Counted from the first letter of the stretch, positions 1 to 9,887 are shown. The stretch: 64,000 nt of DNA from Stellaceae bacterium (GCA_035570595.1 DATMLF010000147.1:852-64851); one strand, 5' to 3'. Numbers and translations: made by a program. The notes: generated from the letters alone by a model not told the origin.

Positions 1-534
1 AACGCTGGGACGTCGGCCGGCCCGGATCCCGACGCGCCGTCCGAGGGCGTGGAAACCGCCACTCGCCAGGTGCGCGTCAACCTGATCGGCGCGGTCAACA
101 CGGTCGAGCCGCTGCTGCCGGCGCTGTGCCGGCGCGGGTCGGGGCGGGTCGCCGTCGTGGCCTCGGTCGCGGCGTATCGCGGGCTGCCAGACAGCCCCGG
201 CTACTGCGCGAGCAAAGCCGGGCTGCGCGCCTATGCCGAGGCGCTGCGGCCGCGGCTCGCACCCCGCGGGGTCGGCGTGACGATCGTGTGCCCCGGCTTT
301 TTCGACTCGCCGATGACCGACCGGTTCGAGGGGCCGACCCCCTTCCTGGTCAGCGCCGAGGCGGCCGCGCGCGCGGTAAAGCGCGGCATCGACCGGGGTC
401 GCCGCCGGGTCGCCTTCCCGTGGCCGCTGGTGGTGGGCCTGCAGTTTTGCGACCTCGCCCCCGCCTGGGTCGGCGACGCGATCCTGCGCCGCTATCATTT
501 TCGCATCCGTCCGGCGCGGTCACATGACGGCTGA
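1..534 (+). CDS. Short-chain dehydrogenase/reductase (SDR), 5' end outside window
   Basis: Frame 1 is open from nt 1 (NAGTSAG at the window start). YCASKAG (YxxxK) active-site motif and VTIVCPG. Stop at 532-534. Confidence 0.85.
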   Translation, partial: NAGTSAGPDPDAPSEGVETATRQVRVNLIGAVNTVEPLLPALCRRGSGRVAVVASVAAYRGLPDSPGYCASKAGLRAYAEALRPRLAPRGVGVTIVCPGFFDSPMTDRFEGPTPFLVSAEAAARAVKRGIDRGRRRVAFPWPLVVGLQFCDLAPAWVGDAILRRYHFRIRPARSHDG

Positions 535-2086
535 GGCATTGCGGATCGCGATCGCGGCGGCGGCAGCGGCGGGAGGTTGGCTGATCCCTCGCCGGGTTGC
601 GGCTGCGCGAAACACCGAGCCGGTGGCGGCCGTTCTCGACATCTTCCCGCTGCTGCTCGTCGGCGGCCTGGTCCTTGTCGCCACCGGGCGGCCGATGTTC
701 ACCGGCCTTGTGCTGCTCTCGCTGGGCGGCGGGTTTGCGCTTGTGGACCGGGCCAAGCGCGATGCGCTGCGCGAGCCGGTCGTGTTTTCCGACATGTCCG
801 AGCTGCGCCACGTCTTCACCCACCCGCATCTCTATCTCCCGTTCGCGGGTCCGGCGCTCGTCCTCGGTGGGGCGGCGGGCGCGATCGGGCTCGGGGTCGC
901 CCTGCTCGTTCTCGGACCGGCATTGTGGCAGCCGCAGCCGCTGGCCGCGTTCCTTTGCCTCCTCGCGGTCTGGCTCGTCGGGTGGGTCTTGTCGCGCGAG
1001 CCGGCGCTCGGCAAAGCCGCCGCCGTTCTGTCCCGGCTTCGGCCGACCGGCGAGCCGCTCGCGGACGCCGCCCGGCTCGGACCGGTTGCCGCTCTTTTCG
1101 TCTACGGGGTGATCGCGCGCGCCGAGCGCGCACAGCGCCGCGCCGAATACCACCCGTTTTCGGCCCCGGCAGTAAACGGCGGAGGTGCTTCAACGCCCGT
1201 CGTGGTCGTGCAATGCGAGTCCTTTTTTGATGCGCGCCGGATCTCGCCCGATGTCCCGCACGACCTCATGCGCGGCTTCGACGCCTGCCTGCAGCAGGGT
1301 GCCACCCACGGCCGCCTCGAGGTTTCGGCCTGGGGCGCCAACACGATGCGCGCCGAGTTCGCGGTGCTGACCGGAATCCCCGAAGAGCGCCTCGGCTATG
1401 ACCGGTTTAATCCCTACCACGCCTTCGCCCGCACGCCGCTCGCCTCGGTCGCCTCGCGCCTGCGCGACGAGGGTTATCGCACGCTTTGCCTGCATCCGTT
1501 CGACCGCGGCTTTTTCGGCCGCGACCGGACCTTGCCGGCGCTCGGCTTCGACTCGTTTCTCGGCCGCGAGACGCTCGGCGGATCGCGCCGCCCGCCCTAC
1601 CGCTCCGACCCCGATCTCGCCCGACAGGTGCTTCGCGTGCTCGATGCCGCGGGGCCGCGGACGTTCGTTTTTGTGATTACGATGGGCAATCACGGTCCGT
1701 GGCACGAGGCCGGAGCGGAGATCGACCCGCGGTTGCGGCGCCGTTTTGATCGTGCCGACCTGCCACAACGCGGCCCCTTGCTGCGCTATCTCGACGGGGT
1801 TGGTCGTTCCGACGAGATGCTCGCCATCTTGCTCGACGAGCTCGGGCCGTCCCGCCGCGACGCCGTCTTCAGCTTCTACGGCGACCATCTGCCGAGTCTG
1901 CCGCACGCCTTCGCCCATTTCGGGTTTGACGACTGGGCGAGCGACTATGTGCTGGTCGACGGCGCGGCACCCCACGGGCGCCGGGTCGATCTGCCGGCCC
2001 ATCTGCTGCCGTGGATGATCCTCGACCGGCTGGAAGAGCGGAGGGCAATCAAGCGGCCGCGGGCAGCGGTGGTCGGCGCGGCTTGA
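524..2086 (+). CDS. LTA-synthase/sulfatase-family membrane protein (phosphoglycerol/phosphoethanolamine-transferase-like)
   Basis: 520 aa. N-terminal ~190 aa are hydrophobic and multi-TM. The C-terminal sulfatase-like domain carries VVVVQCESFFD, GANTMRAEFAVLTG, MGNHGPW and YGDHLPSL. The ATG overlaps the upstream stop by 11 nt. Confidence 0.75.
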   Translation: MTAEALRIAIAAAAAAGGWLIPRRVAAARNTEPVAAVLDIFPLLLVGGLVLVATGRPMFTGLVLLSLGGGFALVDRAKRDALREPVVFSDMSELRHVFTHPHLYLPFAGPALVLGGAAGAIGLGVALLVLGPALWQPQPLAAFLCLLAVWLVGWVLSREPALGKAAAVLSRLRPTGEPLADAARLGPVAALFVYGVIARAERAQRRAEYHPFSAPAVNGGGASTPVVVVQCESFFDARRISPDVPHDLMRGFDACLQQGATHGRLEVSAWGANTMRAEFAVLTGIPEERLGYDRFNPYHAFARTPLASVASRLRDEGYRTLCLHPFDRGFFGRDRTLPALGFDSFLGRETLGGSRRPPYRSDPDLARQVLRVLDAAGPRTFVFVITMGNHGPWHEAGAEIDPRLRRRFDRADLPQRGPLLRYLDGVGRSDEMLAILLDELGPSRRDAVFSFYGDHLPSLPHAFAHFGFDDWASDYVLVDGAAPHGRRVDLPAHLLPWMILDRLEERRAIKRPRAAVVGAA

Positions 2087-2220
2087 CACTACCCCTTCCC
2101 GGCGCAAAACATCAGGCCGAGCAGGCGCGGGACACGGTGACGGACGGAGAAGTTTCGCGCGCCGAGCCGTCACCCCAGCGCCTCCGGCATCGGCCGAGCG
2201 AGAGCTATGAGGAGAGAAAA

Positions 2221-2490
2221 ATGCCCATGCACCGAGCGGCAGTTTTGAGTGTCTTGCTGACGATCGGCTGCGCCGGGGCCGCCCTGGCCCAGGCGATGCC
2301 GACCGACAATCCGGCGGCGCAGGCGAACGTCCGCCAAAGCGAGCAATATTCGGCGGCGCTTCGCAGCAATGCCGGATTCCGCAAACACCGCGAAGCGGTC
2401 GAATGCGGCCCGATCGCCGACTCGCAACTGCGCCAAAACTGCATCAACTCGTTCGAGGCGTACGCCGCGCCCGCAAAGGGCGGGCACTGA
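2221..2490 (+). CDS. Small secreted protein, unknown function
   Basis: Internal ATG at 2221 preceded by GAGGAGAGAAAA. Signal-peptide-like MPMHRAAVLSVLLTIGCAGAALAQA. Two Cys in the mature part. Confidence 0.55.
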   Translation: MPMHRAAVLSVLLTIGCAGAALAQAMPTDNPAAQANVRQSEQYSAALRSNAGFRKHREAVECGPIADSQLRQNCINSFEAYAAPAKGGH

Positions 2491-2512
2491 CAACCCGCTC
2501 AGGAGAGTAGAC

Positions 2513-2902
2513 ATGCCGAACCCGGCCCCCGGATTTGTCAGCCGCCCCGATCACCGCGTCGACCTGGTGCCGGAGACGCGCCGCGTGAAAGTGGTCTTCG
2601 GCGGGATCACGATCGCCGACAGCACCGCGGCACTCCGCGTCGAGGAAACCGGCCATGACCCGGCCTATTACGTTCCGGAAAAGGACATGCGGCTCGATCT
2701 GATGCATCGAACCGACCTTCACACCCGCTGCCCATACAAGGGCGAGGCCTCATACTGGACGATCGAGGTGCCCAACGGCGCCGACATGCGCCGCGCCGAA
2801 AACGCGGTCTGGGGCTATCCGACACCGTACGACGAGGTCGCCGGCATCGCCGGCTACTATGCTTTCTATCCGAGCCGCGTCGACGAGATCAGCGTCGCGT
2901 AA
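2513..2902 (+). CDS. DUF427 domain protein
   Basis: ATG 2513 after AGGAGAG. FGGITIADSTAALRVEE..PAYYVPEKDM...RCPYKGEASYW pattern typical of DUF427. Confidence 0.8.
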   Translation: MPNPAPGFVSRPDHRVDLVPETRRVKVVFGGITIADSTAALRVEETGHDPAYYVPEKDMRLDLMHRTDLHTRCPYKGEASYWTIEVPNGADMRRAENAVWGYPTPYDEVAGIAGYYAFYPSRVDEISVA

Positions 2903-2915
2903 GCGGCCGGCCGCG

Positions 2916-4475
2916 ATGCCCCTGACCCAGAACTGGACGGTCCGAAAGCCCGGCATCTCGTCGCAAGGCGGCATCGTTGCCGCCCAAAGCCACGCCGCCG
3001 CGACGATCGGCGCCGACATTCTGGCGGCCGGCGGAAGCGCGGTCGATGCCGCCGTTGCCGCTGCTCTAGCGGGTGCCGCGGCCGAGCCGTGGAGCAGCGG
3101 CCTCGGCGGGATCGGCTTCATGGTTGTGCATCGGGCCGGCGCCCCGCACGCCGAGGTGATCGATTTCGGTCCGGTGTCGCCGCGCGGCCTCGACCCCGCC
3201 GCCTATCCGTTGACCGATGCCATACGCACCGAGCTGTTCACTTGGCCGCAGAGCGTTGTCGGCGATCGCAACGTCCACGGCCCGCTCGCCTTTGCCATTC
3301 CGAGCGCGGTGCGCGGCTATGGTGCCGCGGTCGAGCGCTTTGGCCGCATGCCGTGGCGCGAGCTGGCGGCCCCGGCCGCGGCGCTCGCGCGCGAGGGCCT
3401 GCCGATCGACTGGTTCACGACGCTCAAAGTGGCAAACGCCGCCGCCGACCTGCGGCGCTACGATGAAAGTCGGCGGATATGGCTGCCGGACGGCTTGCCG
3501 CCGGTCGGTGCGTCCGATGGCGATATCCCGCGCCTGTCTCTCGGACAATTGGCCGAAACCCTCGAACGGCTGGCCGAGGCCGGCCCCGAGGATTTCTACC
3601 AAGGCGAGATCGCCCGCGCGATCGCGGCCGATAGCCGGGCGGCCGGCGGCTTTATGTCCGCCGACGATCTCGCCGATTGCCGGGCGCGCATCGTTGCGTC
3701 GCTCGACATCGCCTATCGCGGCGTGACCGTCCAAACCGCCCCCGGAATGACCGCGGGGCCGACCCTTGGCGCGGTCTTGGGACGGCTCGCCAGCCAGCGG
3801 TTCGGCGCGATGCCCGACGCCGGTTATTTCGAGGCGGTGATCGAGACGTTGCGCGCAGCCTATGCCGACCGGCTCGAACGTGCCGGTGACGCCGAGGCCG
3901 GCGCCCAGACTTCGACGACCCACATCACCGCGATCGACCGCGACGGCACGATCGTCAGCTTGACGACGACGTTGCTGTCGCTGTTTGGCAGCTATTATGT
4001 CCTCCCGAGCACCGGGATCCTGATGAACAACGGGATCATGTGGTTCGACCCGCGGCCGGGGCGGCCAAATTCGATCGCACCGGGGAAGCGCGCTCTGACC
4101 AACATGTGCCCGATAGTCGTTGCCCGCGACGGACGGCCCTGGTTGGGACTAGGCGCGTCGGGCGGGAGGCGCATCCTCGCCGCGGTTTCGCAGATGACGA
4201 GCTTTTTCGTCGATTTCGGCATGGACCCCGAAACGGCGGCGCATCATCCGCGGATCGATGTCAGCGGCAGCGACCGCATCGCCATCGACCGTCGCCTGCC
4301 GCCGGCGATCCTCGAGCCGCTGTCGCGCAAGCCGGGCGCGACCCTCGTCGAGCACACGGTCTATCCGGGCCGGTTCGCGTGCCCGAACCTGGTGCTGCGC
4401 GACGCAGCGGGTCTAAACCACGGTATTTCGGATGTGATGTCGCCGTGGTCCGCCGCGGTCGCCGAACCCGGTTGA
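2916..4475 (+). CDS. ggt: Gamma-glutamyltransferase family protein
   Basis: GGSAVDAAVAAA..GLGGIGFMVV N-terminal region. Autoprocessing/nucleophile region TSTTHITAIDRDGTIVSLTTTL. GASGGRRI near the C-terminus. Confidence 0.9.
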   Translation: MPLTQNWTVRKPGISSQGGIVAAQSHAAATIGADILAAGGSAVDAAVAAALAGAAAEPWSSGLGGIGFMVVHRAGAPHAEVIDFGPVSPRGLDPAAYPLTDAIRTELFTWPQSVVGDRNVHGPLAFAIPSAVRGYGAAVERFGRMPWRELAAPAAALAREGLPIDWFTTLKVANAAADLRRYDESRRIWLPDGLPPVGASDGDIPRLSLGQLAETLERLAEAGPEDFYQGEIARAIAADSRAAGGFMSADDLADCRARIVASLDIAYRGVTVQTAPGMTAGPTLGAVLGRLASQRFGAMPDAGYFEAVIETLRAAYADRLERAGDAEAGAQTSTTHITAIDRDGTIVSLTTTLLSLFGSYYVLPSTGILMNNGIMWFDPRPGRPNSIAPGKRALTNMCPIVVARDGRPWLGLGASGGRRILAAVSQMTSFFVDFGMDPETAAHHPRIDVSGSDRIAIDRRLPPAILEPLSRKPGATLVEHTVYPGRFACPNLVLRDAAGLNHGISDVMSPWSAAVAEPG

Positions 4476-4487
4476 GGCCGCGCGCGG

Positions 4488-5204
4488 TCAGGCGGCGTCG
4501 TGGAAGATAACGCCCAGCGTGTAGCGCTCGCCGCTGCGAACGCGGCTGACGCCGTGCCGCATCGTCACGCGAAAGGCGCCGCGCGCCCCTTCGACGGGAC
4601 GGTGATGCACCGGGAAGATCACCGCCTCGCCCTGGCCTAGCGGCACGACCTCGCCGCGCGACTGCACCCGCGGCCGCTGCTCGACGAGCAGAAACTCGCC
4701 GCCGCTAAAATCGTGTTGTGGATCGCTGAGCAGCACTGTCAGCTGGAACGGGAAGACCAGCGCGCCGTAGAGGTCCTGGTGCAGCCGGTTGTAGTCGCCG
4801 GGGCCGTATTTCAGCATTAGCGGCGTCGGCCGCTCTTGACCCGCTTGATGGCACTCGTCGAGATAGTCGTCCAGGCGCGGCGGAAACCGCCCCGGCTCGC
4901 GCAGCCGCTCGCGCCAACACCGGGCGATCGGCGCGAGACGTGGGTAGATCGCCTGCCGCAGCCCGGCGACCATCTCGGGCAGCGGGTAGCGGAAATACTT
5001 GTACTCGCCGCTGCCGTAGGCGTGGCGCTGCATGACGATGCGGCGGCGAAACGCGCCGTCGTCATCGTAGAGCGCCCTGAGCGAGCGGCATTCCGCAGGG
5101 CTCAGCAGCGGCAAGGTGGCGTAGCCCTGTTCGTCGAGCGCCGCCGCGACCGCCGCCCAGTCGGCGGCGGCGACAGCGCGGGTGGCGGCCTCAGGCGGCT
5201 TCAT
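4488..5204 (-). CDS. 2OG-Fe(II) oxygenase, non-AlkB type, in the ada operon
   Basis: 238 aa from the internal ATG at 5204, which overlaps the ada stop by 14 nt. HxD (RLHQDLYG), distal RHGVSRVRSG. The AlkB NLTFR signature is absent. Confidence 0.75.
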   Translation of the reverse strand: MKPPEAATRAVAAADWAAVAAALDEQGYATLPLLSPAECRSLRALYDDDGAFRRRIVMQRHAYGSGEYKYFRYPLPEMVAGLRQAIYPRLAPIARCWRERLREPGRFPPRLDDYLDECHQAGQERPTPLMLKYGPGDYNRLHQDLYGALVFPFQLTVLLSDPQHDFSGGEFLLVEQRPRVQSRGEVVPLGQGEAVIFPVHHRPVEGARGAFRVTMRHGVSRVRSGERYTLGVIFHDAA

Positions 5205-6279
5205 CTTTCGCCGCCGCTTCGCGCTCGCGGTCGAGCAAGGCGCGCTTGCGCTCGATCCCCCAGCGATAGCCGGCAAGATCGCCGTCCGCGCCGATCACCC
5301 GATGGCAAGGGATCGCGAGCGCCAGGTCGTTGGCGGCACAGGCCCTCGCCACCGCGCGCACCGCCGTCGGCTGGCCCAACGCCAGCGCGATCTCGCTGTA
5401 GGTCGCGGTACGGCCGAGCGGGATCTTTTGCAATGCCCGCCACACCCGCGCCTGAAACGCGGTGCCGCGGATGTCGAGCGGTAGGTCGAGGGTCTGCGAC
5501 GGAGCGGTAATGAAATGCACGACCTGCTCGGCCCAGTCCTTGAGGCCGGTGTCCTGCTCGACCAGCCTGGCGGCGGGAAAGCGCCGGCGCACCATGGCCG
5601 CGAGCCGCTCGCGGTCGTCGCCGAGCGCCGTCATGACGATGCCGCGTTCGGTCGCCGCGACGAGCGCCCAGTCAAGCGGGGTCGGCACCGTCACAAAGCG
5701 GATCGTCTCGCCCGCGCCGCCGCGCCGCCGCGCGCCCGGCGTCATGCCAAGCCCGGCGGGGGCCGCCTCATAGGCGCGCGAGCTTGACCCGAACCCCGAC
5801 CCATAGATCGCCGCCGCGACATCCTCGCCGGCCTCGAGCTTTCGCGCGAAATTGCCGAGCCGGTGGGTGCGGGCATAGTCGCGCGGCGTCGCCCCCGTGA
5901 CCTGCTTGAAGACGCGGTGAAAATGAAACCGGCTGATCCCCGCCGCGTCGGCGAGCTCGGCGAGGCTTGGCGTCGCTTCGCTCGTGCGCAGCAATGCGCA
6001 GGCTTTCTCGATCGCCGCGACGTGCCGCGAGGCCGACGACGGATCAGCCGGCCGGCACCGTTTGCACGCCCGCAACCCGGCCGTCTCCGCCGCCGCGGTC
6101 GTCTCGAAAAACCGCGTGTTGGCGCGCAACGGCGGGCGCGACGGGCAGCCCGGCCGGCAATAGACCCCTGTGGTTAAGACCCCGTAATAAAAGCTGCCGT
6201 CGGCGGCGGCATCCCGCCCCTCGACCGCCGCCCAGCATTTGTCGAAATCCAACATCATCCGCTCCTGCGCATCATCCAC
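5191..6279 (-). CDS. ada: Bifunctional Ada: AraC-type regulator / methylated-DNA-protein-cysteine methyltransferase
   Basis: N-terminal Zn/Cys cluster (CRPGCPSR...CKRCRP), AraC HTH (ISRFHFHRVFKQVTGATPRDY), and a C-terminal PCHRVIG active site. Confidence 0.9.
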   Translation of the reverse strand: MDDAQERMMLDFDKCWAAVEGRDAAADGSFYYGVLTTGVYCRPGCPSRPPLRANTRFFETTAAAETAGLRACKRCRPADPSSASRHVAAIEKACALLRTSEATPSLAELADAAGISRFHFHRVFKQVTGATPRDYARTHRLGNFARKLEAGEDVAAAIYGSGFGSSSRAYEAAPAGLGMTPGARRRGGAGETIRFVTVPTPLDWALVAATERGIVMTALGDDRERLAAMVRRRFPAARLVEQDTGLKDWAEQVVHFITAPSQTLDLPLDIRGTAFQARVWRALQKIPLGRTATYSEIALALGQPTAVRAVARACAANDLALAIPCHRVIGADGDLAGYRWGIERKRALLDREREAAAKDEAA

Positions 6280-6329
6280 AGGCGGAAGATGGCGCGGTCG
6301 GGCGCGCGGCTCTATCCGGCGATTGCTGT

Positions 6330-7313
6330 CTAATTCGCGCGCCGCCCGCCGTTGACGTAGTGCTTCGGCAGCATCGCGTGGATGCCCTTGTTGCCGTCGA
6401 CGAGCTGGGTCACCCGCAGGTCGACCGCGAGGCTGCAGAACATATAGGCGTCCTCGCGGCCGAGCCCCATGCGCTCGCCGATCAGCGTGATCATCTGGCG
6501 CAACGCGGTCTTGGCCGCGTCGTCGAGATCTTCGTCAAAGCCCATCGTTATCAGGTGGGTGGGCGTCTCGGCGCGGGGCAGGTCGATGCCCATTCCCTTG
6601 TGCAGGGTCAGGCGGAAGGTGCCGGTCAGCGCGGTTTCGAGTGCGGTCACGCAAACCTCGCCGTCGCCCTGCACGCCGTGGCCGTCGCCCGCCGAGAACA
6701 GCCCGCCCTCGCTCCACACCGGCAGGTAAAGCGTCGTGCCCGCGACCAGCTCCTTCAGGTCCATGTTGCCGCCAAACTCGCGCGGCACGATCGAGGTCAC
6801 CTGGCCGTAGTTGGGCGGCGGCGCCACCCCCATGACCCCGAAAAACGGCGCCAATTCGATCTCGGCACCCCACGGCACCGTGGCAACGCCGCGCTGGCGG
6901 TCGATCGCGGTGTGCCAGGTCCGGCGCACCGGGAAATCCTCCGGCAGGGTGCCGGATAATGGCCGAATGCGGGTGTATCCCCAATTCTGCCGGCAGTCGA
7001 CCGACAGGATCTCGATTCCCAGCGCGTCGCCGGGCTCGGCTCCTTCGACCGCGATCGGCCCGGTCAGGATGTGCGCGCCGAGCCGGGGCTCGACCGCGGC
7101 GTGGATCGCCTTGTGCTCGGAGAGGATGTCGAAGCGGCCGTCCACCGGCAAAACGTCGGGCCCGCCCGATACGCTGTCCAAGGTCACCGTGTCGCCCGAG
7201 GCGACGGTCAGCACCGGCTTCAGCGCCGAATCGAAGAAGCCCCAATGACAGGTTTCGGGGCTGGCCCGCAAAACGTGATGCTGCGACACGGCAAACTCCC
7301 TGAGCTTGGTCAA
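6330..7313 (-). CDS. Acetamidase/formamidase family amidase
   Basis: 327 aa. PETCHWGFFD, FGGNMDLKEL, SAGDGHGVQGDGEVCVTALE motifs. The start is TTG, so the exact start is uncertain. Confidence 0.85.
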   Translation of the reverse strand: MTKLREFAVSQHHVLRASPETCHWGFFDSALKPVLTVASGDTVTLDSVSGGPDVLPVDGRFDILSEHKAIHAAVEPRLGAHILTGPIAVEGAEPGDALGIEILSVDCRQNWGYTRIRPLSGTLPEDFPVRRTWHTAIDRQRGVATVPWGAEIELAPFFGVMGVAPPPNYGQVTSIVPREFGGNMDLKELVAGTTLYLPVWSEGGLFSAGDGHGVQGDGEVCVTALETALTGTFRLTLHKGMGIDLPRAETPTHLITMGFDEDLDDAAKTALRQMITLIGERMGLGREDAYMFCSLAVDLRVTQLVDGNKGIHAMLPKHYVNGGRRAN

Positions 7314-7412
7314 CTGCCGATGTTAGCCCTGGTTTCGTTGCGGTGCACGCATTTCGCCCGCTTCCGGCACGCCGTCCGCTGTAGAACACACTTGGGGATT
7401 CGGGGGCGTGGG

Positions 7413-8096
7413 ATGGCCGAGACGGCGCTCTATCCGACCGTGAAGCGGTTTCTCGAAGGTGCCGGGTTTGTCGTAAAGGGCGAGGTTTGCGGCTGCGACA
7501 TCGCTGCGGTGCGCGACGGCGAGCCGCCGCTGCTGGCGGTCGTCGAGATGAAGCGCGGCTTCAGCCTCGATCTCCTGCTGCAGGCGGTCGACCGGATGCG
7601 GCCGGCCGACGAGGTGTGGCTCGCCGTGCCGCTGACCCATCGCGGGCGTGATCGCGACCCGCGCGTGCGCCGGCTCTGCCGGCTGGTCGGCCTCGGCTTG
7701 CTGGCGGTCGACGTTGGCCGCGACCGGGTTGAGGTGTTGGCCGAGCCCGGCCCCTATCGGCCCCGCCCGGATCGGCCGCGGCGCACCAGGCTGCTCGCGG
7801 AGCATGCCCGGCGTCAGGGCGACCCCTCGCCCGGGGGCTCCGTCCGCCGGCCGGTCATGACCGCGTATCGCCAGCGCGCGCTCGCCTGCGCCGCAGGGCT
7901 GCATGTCGGCCGCGCCCGCCCGCGCGACCTGCGTCATGCTGTCCCCGATGCCGGCCGCATCCTGCTGCGCAACGTGTATGGCTGGTTCGAGCGCACCGCA
8001 CCCGGCCGCTATCGCCTCACCGCGCAGGGCGAAGCCGCGCTGCAGCGCTGGCCGACCTCTGCCCCTGTGCCGCCGGCGACCCGGGTTGCGGCTTAG
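7413..8096 (+). CDS. DUF2161-like protein: PD-(D/E)xK nuclease-like N-domain + winged-helix C-domain
   Basis: Internal ATG at 7413. CDIAAV...LLAVVEMKRG resembles a D...ExK nuclease core. The C-terminal YGWFERTAPGRYRLTAQG resembles a wHTH wing. Confidence 0.6.
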   Translation: MAETALYPTVKRFLEGAGFVVKGEVCGCDIAAVRDGEPPLLAVVEMKRGFSLDLLLQAVDRMRPADEVWLAVPLTHRGRDRDPRVRRLCRLVGLGLLAVDVGRDRVEVLAEPGPYRPRPDRPRRTRLLAEHARRQGDPSPGGSVRRPVMTAYRQRALACAAGLHVGRARPRDLRHAVPDAGRILLRNVYGWFERTAPGRYRLTAQGEAALQRWPTSAPVPPATRVAA

Positions 8097-8195
8097 AGAT
8101 GATCGCCGCCGTGCGCCGCGGAAAAGCGCTGCCCTGAGCTGTGTGCGGCATCGCCGCCACCGGGTACACGCGGCAGCGCTCGCGAGAATGTCCGA

Positions 8196-8855
8196 TCAAC
8201 ATTCATCGCCCGCCCAAGCCTCCCGGCCCTCCTTGACCAGCAGCCAGACGACGGCCAGCGAAACCATCGAATCAATCCACCACGCCCCGAGCGCGAGTTG
8301 GCCCACGAGCCCAATTACGACCACAAAGGAGAGCCAGCCGCACGCGATCGATTCTACGGCGTCAGTGCGCAACGCTCGGCTGTCGAGCTCGTGAGCGAGG
8401 CGCAGCTTGCGCCGGGACAAGAGCCACATGATCGGCATCGCCGCGATGCCAACAACCAGCCCCGGCCACGCGAACATCGCGGTTTGCCGCATCCACATCC
8501 TCCATCCGGCCGCCGCCACGACATAAGCAGCGAGCGCCATCAGGAGCACGGCGCCGATGCGGCTTGCCGAGCGCTCGGCGGATTCGGCCAAAGACCGGCC
8601 TCGTCGCAACTCGATGACGAGACGCCAGATCAGCACGCCCGCCGAGACCAACTCGATCAGGCTGTCGATCCCGAACGCGAGCAGCGCGATCGAGCGCGCG
8701 GCGATCCCGGAATTTATCGCCACGCCGGCCTCGACGGCCATCCACCCGACGGCAAGGTATTCCAGGCGAAACGCCTCCCGCACGAGCGAGGCGCGCCGGT
8801 CGACCGAGGTTGCCTCTGCCAATTTTTGGCCTTTTTGGCTACTTCCTATGATCAC
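8196..8855 (-). CDS. Cation-efflux (CDF)-like membrane protein, transmembrane domain only
   Basis: 219 aa with about 6 hydrophobic segments. AFGIDSLIELVSAG and RTDAVESIACGWLS resemble CDF TM2/TM5 D/E sites. No cytoplasmic CTD. GTG start. Confidence 0.6.
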   Translation of the reverse strand: MIIGSSQKGQKLAEATSVDRRASLVREAFRLEYLAVGWMAVEAGVAINSGIAARSIALLAFGIDSLIELVSAGVLIWRLVIELRRGRSLAESAERSASRIGAVLLMALAAYVVAAAGWRMWMRQTAMFAWPGLVVGIAAMPIMWLLSRRKLRLAHELDSRALRTDAVESIACGWLSFVVVIGLVGQLALGAWWIDSMVSLAVVWLLVKEGREAWAGDEC

Positions 8856-8972
8856 CGTGGATCTATGTAGGCGACGGGGCGGGGATATCGCCGCAAGGTG
8901 GCGGGTCGAGCTTCGGTTTGGCGCCGTCGGGTACCGCGGCCCGGCGAGCGGCGCGACCTCGGGAGGCCGGAG

Positions 8973-9887
8973 ATGAGCGGCACCCAGGTGGTCGCAACAG
9001 GAGGGGCGGTTCCGTTCGGTCGAGGCCGGCCGTCCAAGCGCCGCCGCCTGTACGGCTCGGATTTCATCTGGTCGATCGCCTTTCTCGTCCCCTATGCGGC
9101 GGTGTTCGCCGCCTTTGTCATCTATCCGATCGGCTACGGCCTGTGGATGGGCAGCAATCCGTCGCTTTACGCCGAGCTCTTCGCCGATCCACGCTACACC
9201 ACGGCGGCGATCAATACTCTGCTGTTCCTTGCTTTGGCGGTAAACGCACAGATGCTGGGCGCCCTGTTGCTGTCCGGCTTTTTCATGCGCCCCCGGCGAT
9301 GGATCAAGGCGCTCTTGGTTATTTATATCCTGCCGTGGGCATTGCCCGCGGTTCCGGCCTTTCTTTCATTCCATTGGATGTTGGTGGCCGACCGGCAGGG
9401 TTTGCTCGACGGTCTGTTGTCGGTGCTCTTCGGAGTCGAAGGACCGGACTGGTTCGCTCAAGGTTGGCTCGCGCTCGCCTGTGACATCGTCTCATATATC
9501 TGGAAATGGATGCCGCTGTGGACGTTGATCCTGCTCGGCGGCCGGATGGCGATCCCGCCAGATCTTTACGAAGCGGCTGAGATGGACGGCGCCTCGCCCT
9601 ACCGCCGGTTCGTTCACGTCACCGTGCCGCTGCTCGCCAACCTTTACTTGATCAGCACGGTGATCTCGACGATCTGGGCATTTGGCGACTATGCCCCGGT
9701 GTTGTTCGTCTCGGGCGGGGCACCGGCGTTCTCGTCGAACGTGCTCTCGACGCTCGGGTTTCGCTATGCGCTCGACTTTGCCGACCCGCAGCTTGCGGTC
9801 GCGGCGGGTCTGTCGGGTCTTCCACTCCTGATCCCGCTCGTCGTGTTGCTGATGCGCCGGCTGAGCACCGCGGAGGTGCAGCTGTGA
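8973..9887 (+). CDS. Carbohydrate-type ABC transporter permease (MalF-like)
   Basis: ATG 8973 after GGGAGG. Multi-TM. EAA-loop-like YEAAEMDGASPYRRFVHVTVPLL. Confidence 0.85.
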   Translation: MSGTQVVATGGAVPFGRGRPSKRRRLYGSDFIWSIAFLVPYAAVFAAFVIYPIGYGLWMGSNPSLYAELFADPRYTTAAINTLLFLALAVNAQMLGALLLSGFFMRPRRWIKALLVIYILPWALPAVPAFLSFHWMLVADRQGLLDGLLSVLFGVEGPDWFAQGWLALACDIVSYIWKWMPLWTLILLGGRMAIPPDLYEAAEMDGASPYRRFVHVTVPLLANLYLISTVISTIWAFGDYAPVLFVSGGAPAFSSNVLSTLGFRYALDFADPQLAVAAGLSGLPLLIPLVVLLMRRLSTAEVQL

